NCBI GenBank assembly: GCA_951406725.2
Contig: OX597814.1
Location: 94,178,001-94,242,000 of the forward strand
DNA: 64,000 nucleotides
Direction: 5' to 3'
Source of the DNA: Octopus vulgaris
Lineage: Eukaryota
Part shown: piece after piece, positions 12,871 to 24,985 of the stretch
Numbering within the stretch: position 1 is the first letter of the stretch
Layout: every line of letters begins with the position of its first letter
Made by a program: the position numbers and the translations under genes
Notes under the pieces: generated by a model
Told to the model about the DNA's origin: nothing
Database searches by the model: none
The model's input: only the letters and a program-made list of their open reading frames with translations

Positions 12871-15118
12871 TGCCTGAATGTCTCACGAAGGGGAAAACCA
12901 TCTTAATTCCCAAATCAAATGAAACAACAAAACCAGAAAACTACAGACCAATAACCTGCCTCCCTACTATGTTCAAGGCATTTACTGCAGTGATATCGCA
13001 AAGGCTGAACAAGCACCTGGACGAAAACAAACTGTTCCCAGAAGAGCAGAAAGGATGCCGCAAGGGCTCATATGGCTGTAAAGATCAACTAATGATTAAT
13101 AAAGCCTTAACTGAAGACAGCCACAGAAAGAAGAAAGGCCTCAGTATGGCCTGGATTGACTACAAAAAGGCGTTTGATAGCATCCCCCACACATGGAACC
13201 TCGAAACACTAGCCATTAACAAAGTAGCACCAACAATCATAAAATTCATAGAGCACTCTATGAATAAATGGCAAACAGTCCTACACCTCCAAACAAAAGA
13301 GGGACTCATGAAAACCAAAGACATCCCCATTAGAAGATGAATATTCCAGGGAGACACGCTCTCTCCACTCCTTTTCTGCTTGGCACTGTCACCTCTATCT
13401 GATATGCTAAATAGAACTGGATGCGGATATAAATGTTACGGCAAAACGATCAGCCACCTTTTATATATGGATGACCTAAAACTATACGTTGCAAATGACA
13501 AACAGCTGGAAACACTATTAAAGACAGTTCATGGATTTACCAAAGAAATAGATATGAAATTTGGATTAGAAAAATGCGCCAAACTAACCATGAAAAGAGG
13601 AAAACTAGTTAAGAGTAACAACATCACACTAGATAAAACCAATGAAATAAAATAATTAGACCAAAGCCAAACTTACAAATACTTAGGAATCCATGAACTA
13701 GATAAGACACAACACACACACATGAAAGAGAAAATAAAAAAAGAATATTATAGACGAGTTAGATCAATACTAAAACAGAGCTCAATGCTAAAAACAAGAT
13801 AATAGGTATCAACACTTTAGCTGTCCCAGTTATAAGTTACAGCTACAATATCCTTAACTGGACACGAAATGACCTGTCCAAAATAGATAGGAAAACAAGA
13901 AAAATACTGACAGGATCTAGGATGCATCACCCAAAATCTGACATAGAAAGACTATATATACAACGTATAGAAGGTGGTAGAGGCCTTATACAGCTGGAAA
14001 ACTACTATAAAATAACCACCATAGGACTGCAAAAATACCTACTTCAGAAGGAAGGAAAACTGATCCAGATAGCAGCAAAACACGAGCAAAACAAAAAACT
14101 GTTCTCAGTATTTAAGGAAGCTGACACATACAAACAAGAAATCATACCACCTAATAAACACAAAGAAGAATAAGAAGATGATAAAGAAACAACAAAAGCT
14201 ATAAAACAAATGAAATCCAAACTAAAAATAGAACAGCAACGAGCCATGATAAAACGATGGCAAGAAAAGCTCCTTCATGGTAAATACTGCACTAAACTAA
14301 ACGCAAAAGAAATAGACAAAGAAAAATCCCAGCAATGGTTGAGAAGCTCAGGACTCAAAGCAGAAACAGAGGGATTTTTAATTGCAGCACAAGACCAAAG
14401 CCTCCCCACCAGAAATTACCAAAAACATGTAATGAAAAGAAATATTACAAGTAACTGCAGAATATGTGGAGATGGACAAGAAACAATAAATCATATTATC
14501 TCTAGCTGCCCAGTCCTGGCTAAGAAGGAATATATTCACAGACATGACAGAGTTGGAACCTACATACATTGGAAGCTATGCCAACATTATGGAATAACAA
14601 CAGAAAAAAGATGGTATAGGCACACACCAGAAAAGGTCACAGTTAACGAGAAAGCAATCATACTCTGGGATATGCCGATACACACAGATAAAGAAATTAA
14701 GGCCAACAGACCAGATATAGTTGTCAGAGATCATGAAGAAAAAAATGCTTTCTAATTGATGTATCAATACCGGCAGATGACAACGTGTCTCTAAAAGAAA
14801 TGGAGAAACTCTCAAAATACAAAGACCTGGAAATAGAGATAACTAGAATGTGGAACCTGAAAACAGAAACAATTCCTATCATAGTAGGTGCATTAGGCAT
14901 GATAAAAAAATATTCAGACAAATACATAACAAAAACACCAGGACTTACAAACACATATAACATACAGAAAATTGCACTACTAGGCACCGCACACATCCTA
15001 CGCAGAACACTTTCCATACAATAACCATCAGAGCATCACAACAAATCACAGCACATACCCAAGGCACACAGAGCTGCGCTCGGTAGTGAAGTGAAAGCAC
15101 GCTATAAAAATAAAACTA

Positions 15119-15121
<3 letters not shown>
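12870..15121 (+). mobile_element. 5'-truncated R4/Dong-like non-LTR retrotransposon (RT + CCHC + RLE), pseudogenised
   Basis: ORFs 12747-13340, 13380-13655, 13922-14173, 14210-14755 and 14785-15024 carry QGD/SPLLF, YMDD, CRIC..H..C, RHD and RPDIVV..ID motifs; embedded in (AAT)n at 12768-12869 and 15122-15190. Confidence 0.93.
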
Positions 15122-15190
<69 letters not shown>

Positions 15191-15375
15191 CCTTTCTACT
15201 AAAGGTACATCGAACCTTGTGTGTAAGTGGTACTTATTTCATCGACCCCGAAAGGATGAAAGGCAAAGTCGACTACGGTTGAATTTGAACTCAGAACGTA
15301 CGAAAAGAACATAAGAACATAACATACGAAAATTCGCAATGCATTTTGCCTGGTGCTCTAACGATTCTGCCAGCA
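15191..15375 (-). mobile_element. tRNA-derived SINE (MetaSINE-like central domain)
   Basis: Minus strand GAGTTCAAATTC..GTCGACTTTGCCTTTCATCCTTTCGGGGTCGATGAAATAAGTACC; its tail runs into the TTA tract. Confidence 0.7.
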
Positions 15376-15419
15376 AGAGTAAATTTAAAACCTATAGTCT
15401 CTTCCATTTCCCTACATCT

Positions 15420-15590
15420 AGCCGGTCAGTTGAAGGAAGAATCAACAGAAGAAAGCATACAACCTATGTGGACAACTTGTTTCAGGATTGTAGAATGGCA
15501 AATGTTGACGAATTAAGAACATGTATGGGTTCCCCGATGGATGGCGCGCGTGCTCTCTGTGAAATTATAAGAGCGTCCAGGAGAACTGAA
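15420..15590 (+). mobile_element. RTE-like LINE 3' fragment
   Basis: RRKHTTYVDNLFQDCRMANVDELRTCM resembles the C-terminus of RTE-clade ORFs. Confidence 0.45.
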
Positions 15591-16253
15591 AACAAACTTT
15601 GTTCCTCTATATATCAACAAGTTAACCATGTATCAAGCTAACCATAAATCTATAATACATTAAAAGTCACTTTGAATCTTGCTTGCTTGCTTGCAATGTT
15701 ACCCAGCTGAAATGGCGCATAATGGGATAGTACTCTTTAGTTTACCCTAAATGTGAATACGAACAGAATAAAACAAGTTTTGCGTAAATCAGACAACTAG
15801 TTTTAAAGATATTAGAGGTTTTCGGGTATAAATACCCAAACGGTGCATCATGGGAAAATGTTCCGAAAATAATCTTCATCCTGAAAGGGAAGAAACTCAT
15901 CTTTCTATTAGATACAGGGACTTGACAACGGAAAAATACGAATTTTTATAGTAACTGTTTCGATTTTCGCTTTTGTGGAAACAATATTTCAATCATTTAG
16001 AAATATTTTAAGTGAATGTGATTTAAAAAATGTAAGCTGTTTATACAGTAAGTATTTATAGTTTAGGCTTCTTTAAAAAGACAATATTTTAAAGTTATTT
16101 TTTTTCATTTTTTGGCATATTTAAAAGTATTTTAAAGTGAAAATGACTAAAAAACAACGGTAAATATTTCATAAAAGATCAGTTCGTAACCTCGGTGTGA
16201 AATAGTTTTATACCATAGGTGTTTTTCGAGTGCATTCAACGTATCTCACCTCC

Positions 16254-16372
16254 AAAGATTTGGCTGCTATTTCTAGCATACCCTGCTACCACGTAACAGC
16301 TATTTGCGATAAACGACCGGAAATACTTAATATGAGGTAACAGGGCATGCAAGAAATAGCAGCCAAATCTTT
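16254..16372. repeat. ~120-nt imperfect hairpin (MITE-like or tail-to-tail repeat)
   Basis: AAAGATTTGGCTGCTATTTCT / AGAAATAGCAGCCAAATCTTT arms with further internal pairing. Confidence 0.65.
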
Positions 16373-17734
16373 TACTTTGCAAACCTACTTATTGTTGCTT
16401 CCGCTAATAATCACCGTGATCAGTTTCTTTAGACCATGGGTCAATACCTATGCTATTTAATCTCTCTCTTTTGCAAGAATAACCTGCCTCTTATTGTTTC
16501 TTTTCTTTCGTAGTCAAATATTGTAATGCCGGGTTTATTGTTTTCTATATGGTTTGGTGTCATTACTGGGCTATCTACTAAAAGGAGCTGCTTACGCGCG
16601 ATTTTGATGCCACATTCCTTGAAAGCATACGAAATAACCTGGAAAGGAAAACAAATCCAACAAAACAAAATTCCGTTGTTGATAAACTGAGAGTTTCCCG
16701 GTGACCCAACGGATCACGGGTATTCTAGTATTTAGAAAAAATCTGTTTTACATTGTCCATTTTATTCTGTTATTCCTCTTTGTTCTTTCACTGGTATTTA
16801 TCCTTACCTTATAATCTAGTCCTTTAATACAGCTATGTGTCCTGAGCCTATATTTTATTACCTGTGTTCATTTCACCTTACTTTATCTTATCTTATTTAC
16901 TCTACGTTGAATTCAACTACTTTTGATTTGTTAATAATATGTATACTTCTTGATTTCATTTACAATGTATGTAATCGCAATAACAGTGTAAATATATTAA
17001 CTCATCTAAGCATCAGTGGGTAGCCCAACGTAGTTTGAAAAAGTATAAATGCCTGACATTTTGTGTTTCTAATTCTTTTTGTGTGTAATAAGCTCTAGGC
17101 TTTGTAACAATTTATTATTGATGTAAGCGGTTTTGGTTGATCAACTAATTATTAATATTCTATTTTAATAGAGTTATGTAGGTATTACATGTGTTTGAAT
17201 ACATATGTAAAATTGTTGTATTTGTGTGTATGCGTGTGTGTGTGGGGGGGGGGTTGTATCCGTGAAATTTTGTTAAAATGCGGTTATGTATAGGTGTATA
17301 CGAGGGTACTTGCTTATATCGACATACGAATGTGTGAAAGTGAGTGCTAAATGTGCTTGTGATTATTCAAGATATGTTTGTAGTTGATACCGTATAAATG
17401 TTTTTGAAATTACACGGCTATCCTTCAAAACCAGCAGAACTTGAATATATATCCAAGTAGGTTTTAGTGCATTCATTATCCTATAATCAACTAAATTATG
17501 ACATAAACGATGAGATCTAGACATATAGAATTCCGGGTACTACAATTTTGATTCAAAGGATGGAAGTCTTCAAGAAGATTTAAATTGAATGGAAATTATT
17601 GAAGATGAAATTCATATAAGGATAATATAGTATATCTATTGTCTGAATTAAAGATCCGCTATCTTCTAATAGAATTCATTCAGAAAATTACTATGTTTAA
17701 ATCTCACATCAAGAGATATTCAGCAACAGTACTT

Positions 17735-17922
17735 TGGAGTAAAGATTGTTTGCCAACATAACCTGAGCTGAGTGGGGGTGCTAGATTACTCTGATCGAAA
17801 ATGTAAGGACACAGACCGTGTCGTTTAGCCAGCTGGAGACGATGTCTCCCGGGGCTAAATTACAGTAACATTCGTCCTAAACCAGGACTGCCAAATTATG
17901 TTGGCAAACAATCTTTACTCCA
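17735..17922. repeat. 188-bp element with perfect 27-bp terminal inverted repeats and internal hairpins
   Basis: TGGAGTAAAGATTGTTTGCCAACATAA at 17735-17761 and its exact reverse complement at 17896-17922. Confidence 0.8.
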
Positions 17923-18249
17923 GAAATCATTTATTTACCATTTATAATAATTGTGTTAAATGAAGCCGTTTCATGCGTTAAGAGTAATAAACATCTTCTA
18001 CCTGACACAATGCCAGCTTTTATATTTACAGTTTACAACAAATATAGACACTCAAATTAGCATTTTGTTTTCGTATGATTAGAAGGAGAAATGTATTCCA
18101 TATATCAAATATAGCGTAGAAATAAACAACGCAGCTTATTTATAACAGCTAGGTTATCGCAGTCTATTAAATAATTTCTTATAGTAACATAGATACAATC
18201 ATGTCTCTGCTCTGCACAATTGCAATAGTTTATGAGAATTCAAATTAAG

Positions 18250-18525
18250 TGATAGTTGGATCGTTTTTGGATTTGGTTTGCAAGATTCTTTATGAGTTCG
18301 TGTGTTGAAGCATATTCTGTTGAGTCTGTGGAAAGTCATTCTTTTTTTAGTGCCTTATAATTTAACACACTCACCGATAAAATTTCCACTCATAGTTGTT
18401 GAAAAGGTTGCAAAACTCAACGAAAATTTTAGAAAAATAAATAAGTGAATGAGTGGAAATTTTACCGGTGAGTGTGTTTAATAATAAGGCACTAAAAGAG
18501 AATGACTCTTCCCAGACACAACAGA
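18250..18525. repeat. PLE-like terminal repeat with inverted arm
   Basis: ~18317-18392 is inverted at ~18449-18523; the same family occurs at 103-213. Confidence 0.55.
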
Positions 18526-19143
18526 TATTTGGATCGAAATGTATTTGAATAGTGTATTTCATGATCTCGAGTCTACATCTGAATAAAATATAATCAAAAA
18601 TTTGTTAAGGTGTCTATAAATGTGAATGAAATGTAAATAGGTTCTAAGATTTTGTCACCGATAAAGTTAATTCATTAAGCAAATCAGTTTTAATCCAAAC
18701 TAAACTTCTCTAATTAACGAAGGAAATCTATTGTTATATAAACACTAATGTAAAATCGTGCTTGTGTAACACGTAATGTCAGGATTGTTCACCTCTAAAA
18801 TTTCAAATTAATGACCTTAAACAAATCAATATCATTAATATGTAACTACACTTTTACACATTTTGACTGTAAATTAGTTTATTAATGTGATTGATTGGAA
18901 ATAAACCTTACAAACTAAATAATTAATACTTTTACAACTACAAAATCCTAATAATTTCCTTATATTTGACCTCATATATAGGCATGACACATATATACTC
19001 ACACACGTTCTCATATATGTATGTATGTATGTATGTATTATGTATGTATATACCTATGTATCTATGGATATATGTATGTATATGTATGTATGTATGTATT
19101 ATGTATGTATTTACATTTTAAAAATAAAGAATGACATGATTAA

Positions 19144-19179
<36 letters not shown>

Positions 19180-19181
<2 letters not shown>

Positions 19182-19448
19182 CTTCAGCAAAATTTAGATT
19201 CAAATGAATATGGTACTTAAGTTAGATGCACCAGAATTTTGTATGGTGTTATCCATATAAATCCATGGGGTGATTATAATCAAAATAAGCAACAAGAATA
19301 TCTTCGGTAATTTGCTACGATCGTTTCATGCTACATCATTTTATTAAATATTGTAAGTATTACAACAGTTTTAAAATGTTGAGCAATCATCTGCCATTTA
19401 CAGATCGTACCAAATTACCGGAGATATTCTTGTTGCTTATTTTGAATA
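19180..19448 (-). repeat. PLE-like terminal repeat with inverted arm in (TA)n
   Basis: 19278-19323 is inverted at 19403-19448; a degenerate CAGATGA..GAAAC lies between the arms on the minus strand. Confidence 0.5.
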
Positions 19449-20491
19449 TATATATAGAGAGATCACTAGTTACTCAAATTTTGACCTAAGGAATTTATCC
19501 TGTATCACCGCTTTTTAATTTCTCTAGCATTTCGTGAGTTCAATGTAGTTTTAATTTATAACCAATATTTTTAAGTACCAAATATTTTATTCTTAAATCA
19601 CCAAAATTACATCCTAGCCAATTTACTCCTACATGACACCAATGTTATATTTTTCACAGTACGACATTTAGAAAACACTATCATGTTATATTTGTATCCA
19701 TTTTCTTGTAACACTGGGTGTTTTTTTTATTTTCTCTAGCATTTTGTAAGTGATTACAATACGGTTTTGTATATAGCGTATATTTTAAATACAAAATATG
19801 TTTTCCTTATAACACCGGAAATTATATCCTAATTAAATTTAATCCTAAATAACACCAATGTTATTCATCCAATCTTTATTTACATTTCCCAATATAATCC
19901 TTTGTATATTACACCACTCATGATAAGATACATCCGCATTTCTGCCATCCCCCTTGCATAAACTTTTATAAATATGTTTAAATTTGAATCTAAATATAAT
20001 ACTAGGTATATTTTTCAAATAAATTTGTTGTTTTACAGCATTTCAACGTCCAGTATTAGTAAAATTTTAAACGAAAAATTTCTAATCACATGAACTCTGC
20101 GTCCTACTATGTAGTTTGTTTACATTTCAAAATTCTAAACATAGTCCTCAAATAATTCATTTCGTAACTCAAGACTGAAATATACTTATTTTTCCTGAAT
20201 AGATCTAACACTATATCGCTTATTATATATATAAAAGTGACAATTATTGATGATTCAAAAGTATTGTTAGATTAAAACATATGTAGAATTTCTTTTTGGC
20301 TACTTTTGGGATGTTTTGTTGATGCGGTTCCTTTATACTTGTTCTTATAGGTATATCTTTTAATCTTTTAATCTTTCAATTTGTATTATTTTTCCAATTG
20401 TGATACAAATAAAATGAACCAAGCATCTTTTTCATTTTTCTTCTCCAGTTTCTTTTGTTGACTTTTTAATTTTATGAGTCTGTTTATACAT

Positions 20492-20559
<68 letters not shown>

Positions 20560-20646
20560 AGGAATTTTCTATCAATATATTTGTTTAAACCCATTTGGCA
20601 TCAGGACTGCTCCTAACAATCCCTTACGGGGATGTTATTTCCTGTA

Positions 20647-20703
<57 letters not shown>

Positions 20704-20995
20704 GAAAATAGAGGGAGGAGGATGCAGTGATTAAGCCGGAGATTAATGCTTAGTTTGATAGATGAGACAGGTAGTCTACGCTATGAAATAAATGGTTCAA
20801 GAAGAGAAGTAAAGAGAATGTAAAGAGATGTAAAGGGAACTAAAAAGGAAGAGGATGGGTCAGAGAGATAGAGATTCTGAAAAAATATTGCTTAAGTGAG
20901 CGACGTCTATTTAACTGTCTATCTCTTACTGTTTATATTTATCTGTGCGTGTGTATGTGTCTATGTATGTATATATGTTTGTACGAAGATGTATT

Positions 20996-21070
<75 letters not shown>

Positions 21071-21344
21071 ATATATATACATACATAGAGGCATACATGC
21101 ATACATGCATAAATACATATACATATATATGTGTGCATTATATGTTGCATGTGCGAGTGAATGCATTGAGCCTTTGTATGTGTTTATGTTGGTGCGTGTA
21201 TATATGCGTGTATGTGAATGCCTACTGTTGGCTTACGTATATTGACTTATTGACTGAATTTTCAATCTATGAATTTGAATCAATGTAACTATCAGCCGGG
21301 GAAAACGATGTGCGTGTGTGTTTGTTTGCGGGTGTGTGTGTGTG

Positions 21345-21400
<56 letters not shown>

Positions 21401-21891
21401 AAAGTTATATCATGAGATTATTCTCCAGATAACTGTAACATTTTCTTTAGGATTTTCTCTGACATCTTAAAGCAACTGCGCAAAATCTACTAACAAAGGA
21501 AAAGTACTACAGCTAGCAATTTATATTTATTATTCTTACTGATATTTGGATTTTTTATTCGCTTTCTTCTTCTTTTTTTTTTTTTTCGAAGTTAGATCGA
21601 AATCAGAAAATCTGGAGCAGGTAGTGCACTAGTTATCTTCTTGTTTTTTTCTATAGTTTAGTGTTTTCCAGATAGTGGCTTTCAATTCTGTTTCTCCATT
21701 TCTATCTTAATTTTTATTTCCCGATATGCATTACCATGTATTCCAATAGCTCTTAAAGAAATTCTAGCTACAGAAAAAATAAATAAGTTGTATTTTTTAA
21801 CTTAATTCCAAATGAGTATAATTCTATGTTCAGTGGCATTTGCTAACAAGATTAGGCTCATATTTTATATATATGTGTATGTGTGTGTGTA

Positions 21892-21924
<33 letters not shown>

Positions 21925-22130
21925 ATGTATGTATGTATGTATGTATGTATGTATGTATGTATGTATGTATGTTTGTATATATATATATATAGATTAATCA
22001 GCCGAAATTGCGAAGATGATCTGGTTCTTGACTGATGACTGAGGGCTTCGAATGTCCCGTCCTGTGGTTCTTGTGTCTTCTCTTTGGTGTTTCATGTTCT
22101 TGTCCATGTCTGTATTTATTTTTTACTGTT

Positions 22131-22227
<97 letters not shown>

Positions 22228-23279
22228 ATGTTACATTACTCGGTAGTCAAGATAAAACTCTGAGTTTCAGATGCCGAAGTGGAAATCCACAACACCATCT
22301 CTTCGGTTATCTGGCTATTTGAAAACGTTATGAAAAAATACCGTTAAAAATTAAGGGAAATTACTCTGTTATAACTCTGCTTTGCCTGCGTACTTATACA
22401 TCGCTCGCATTTTTCGTCATAAAAATTATATAAAAATACATAAAAATATATAAAAATATATAAAAATATATAAAATCTTCTTGGGACATAACACAGAAAG
22501 CATGTTCTATCCGTTTTCTTTAGGGGACCAAAAACGTAACAGAAATTTAGTCACATGTGGGCATGATCCGAAAAGCTCTGTCCTTGTATTTAGACATGTG
22601 GTAGGGTCTAAGCTGCTTTTCCAGATAAGCCATCTCTCCATGTCGCATAAACCGCACCTTCCGCTGCCGTTAGTATAGGGCTTACATCTGGCCAAAATCT
22701 TCCATTGTATGTTATAATCGACACCTTTATCTCTTAAAGACCAAATATGATTGGATAATTGTGTCGCTTTTCTTTTGTTCCAGTGCCTAAAGCTCAAAGT
22801 GTGGTTATTGAACCTGGCCTTGAAATTACCCTCTGTCAGGCCCACGTATTTCTTCGTCGAAACGGTGTCTTTAGTGGTTATAGAGTTTACGGTAGCTTCA
22901 TATATGATGGTCTTGGACATGCAAGCTCCATTTAGCGGGCACAATTCTTTATTCCTGCATGAACAGCTGTTTTCTTCTTGTGTTTTTTGTATGTTATGAT
23001 TGATTATGTTTTTAAAATTGGTAGTTGAACTAAAACTAATTTTTAAATTGTGTCTATTGAAGAGTTTCCTATAAGCATGGTTAACTGGAAAATGTCTATC
23101 TATCAGTGCTAGGAAATATTTACCTACATTGAAGGCCACCTCGGGTGAGTAAGGGGGCGTAAACCAGATGACCTTCCTATTTCTATTATTCCTTTTCCTT
23201 ATTGTTGGGCTGGTGATAGGTGTATATTTTATTTTTTCGCTAAAACCACTATCTTTTAAAGCTTTATTATAAACTGAGC

Positions 23280-24467
23280 ATGGGTTCATATGATGGGGCA
23301 GGCATCTGTCATCTAATTGGACTCTTTCTCCTAGATACCTTCGGTAAGACATTCCCTAACGTACATTTCGCCATCTACAAAGATGATGCCCTCGCCTTAA
23401 CAGCTAATACAAATGGACCAGCACAAGATCGTTTTAGGAAGGATATTATCCAGTTAATGAAACACTTCGGACTTAGTATAACTATAGACACTAACCTGAC
23501 GGTTGTCAATTTCTTAGACGTTTCCTTAGATCTTAATAATAATATTTTTAAGCCTTATAGGAAGCCCAATGATAGACTAAGTTATATTAATGTAGGTTCA
23601 TGCCATCCCCCTATAGTATTCAAAAATTTAGTTAAAAATATTAGTAAGAGGATTTCTAGCCTCTCATCTAATGAGGACATCTTCAATAGCGTTGCCCCAG
23701 TTTATAATAAAGCTTTAAAAGATAGTGGTTTTAGCGAAAAAATAAAATATACACCTATCACCAGCCCAACAATAAGGAAAAGGAATAATAGAAATAGGAA
23801 GGTCATCTGGTTTACGCCCCCTTACTCACCCGAGGTGGCCTTCAATATAGGTAAATATTTCCTAGCACTGATAGATAGACATTTTCCAGTTAACCATGCT
23901 TATAGGAAACTCTTCAATAGACACAATTTAAAAATTAGTTTTAGTTCAACTACCAATTTTAAAAACATAATCAATCATAACATACAAAAAACACAAGAAG
24001 AAAACAGCTGTTCATGCAGGAATAAAGAATTGTGCCCGCTAAATGGAGCTTGCATGTCCAAGACCATCATATATGAAGCTACCGTAAACTCTATAACCAC
24101 TAAAGACACCGTTTCGACGAAGAAATACGTGGGCCTGACAGAGGGTAATTTCAAGGCCAGGTTCAATAACCACACTTTGAGCTTTAGGCACTGGAACAAA
24201 AGAAAAGCGACACAATTATCCAATCATATTTGGTCTTTAAGAGATAAAGGTGTCGATTATAACATACAATGGAAGATTTTGGCCAGATGTAAGCCCTATA
24301 CTAACGGCAGCGGAAGGTGCGGTTTATGCGACATGGAGAGATGGCTTATCTGGAAAAGCAGCTTAGACCCTACCACATGTCTAAATACAAGGACAGAGCT
24401 TTTCGGATCATGCCCACATGTGACTAAATTTCTGTTACATTTTTGGTCCCCTAAAGAAAACGGATAG
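23280..24467 (+). CDS. Penelope-like RT (C-terminal half) + GIY-YIG endonuclease, 5'-truncated, uninterrupted
   Basis: MGSYDGA, YKDD, FLDVSL, HPP, CSC..CPLNGAC, IIY..YVG..FKARFNNH, CGLCDME and LN.R.E motifs. Confidence 0.9.
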   Translation: MGSYDGAGICHLIGLFLLDTFGKTFPNVHFAIYKDDALALTANTNGPAQDRFRKDIIQLMKHFGLSITIDTNLTVVNFLDVSLDLNNNIFKPYRKPNDRLSYINVGSCHPPIVFKNLVKNISKRISSLSSNEDIFNSVAPVYNKALKDSGFSEKIKYTPITSPTIRKRNNRNRKVIWFTPPYSPEVAFNIGKYFLALIDRHFPVNHAYRKLFNRHNLKISFSSTTNFKNIINHNIQKTQEENSCSCRNKELCPLNGACMSKTIIYEATVNSITTKDTVSTKKYVGLTEGNFKARFNNHTLSFRHWNKRKATQLSNHIWSLRDKGVDYNIQWKILARCKPYTNGSGRCGLCDMERWLIWKSSLDPTTCLNTRTELFGSCPHVTKFLLHFWSPKENG

Positions 24468-24661
24468 AACATGCTTTCTGTGTTATGTCCCAAGAAGATT
24501 TTATATATTTTTATATATTTTTATATATTTTTATGTATTTTTATATAATTTTTATGACGAAAAATGCGAGCGATGTATAAGTACGCAGGCAAAGCAGAGT
24601 TATAACAGAGTAATTTCCCTTAATTTTTAACGGTATTTTTTCATAACGTTTTCAAATAGCC

Positions 24662-24724
24662 AGATAACCGAAGAGATGGTGTTGTGGATTTCCACTTCGG
24701 CATCTGAAACTCAGAGTTTTATCT
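24662..24724 (+). ncRNA. Type I hammerhead-like motif in the PLE terminal repeat (U4C core variant); mirror copy at ~22250-22312 on the minus strand
   Basis: AGAUAA-CCGAAGA-GAUG..CAUC-U-GAAACUCAGAGUU-UUAUCU; stem I AGAUAA/UUAUCU. Confidence 0.55.
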
Positions 24725-24820
24725 TGACTACCGAGTAATGTAACATATTGTATAGATAAATTTCCTCTATTTACATAATATTGAGGTCTCTTTCTTTCTT
24801 TTGTTATCTTACCGTTTTAT

Positions 24821-24866
<46 letters not shown>

Positions 24867-24871
<5 letters not shown>

Positions 24872-24985
24872 TCCCAACTGCATGGTTCTGGGTTCAGGCC
24901 TACTGCGTGGCATCTTGTGCAAGTGTCGTTTACTATAACCTCGAGCTGACCAAATGTTTGTGAGTGAATTTTCTAAGCCTGTCGC
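24867..24985 (+). mobile_element. tRNA/CORE-like SINE fragment
   Basis: GGTTCAGGCC B-box-like sequence and GCATCTTGTGCAAGTGTC core; similar to 56345-56492. Confidence 0.5.

Larger units (their letters stand above)
22219..24823 (+). mobile_element. Young 5'-truncated Penelope-like element with ~1.06-kb inverted 5' duplication
   Basis: 22219-23276 is a near-exact reverse complement of 23698-24755; flanked by (TA)n on both sides; RT + GIY-YIG ORF. Confidence 0.93.

Noticed and set aside
22507-23352. Independent 281-aa GIY-YIG gene on the minus strand
   Set aside because: It is the inverted arm of the same PLE; its N-terminus is antisense RT sequence across the junction.
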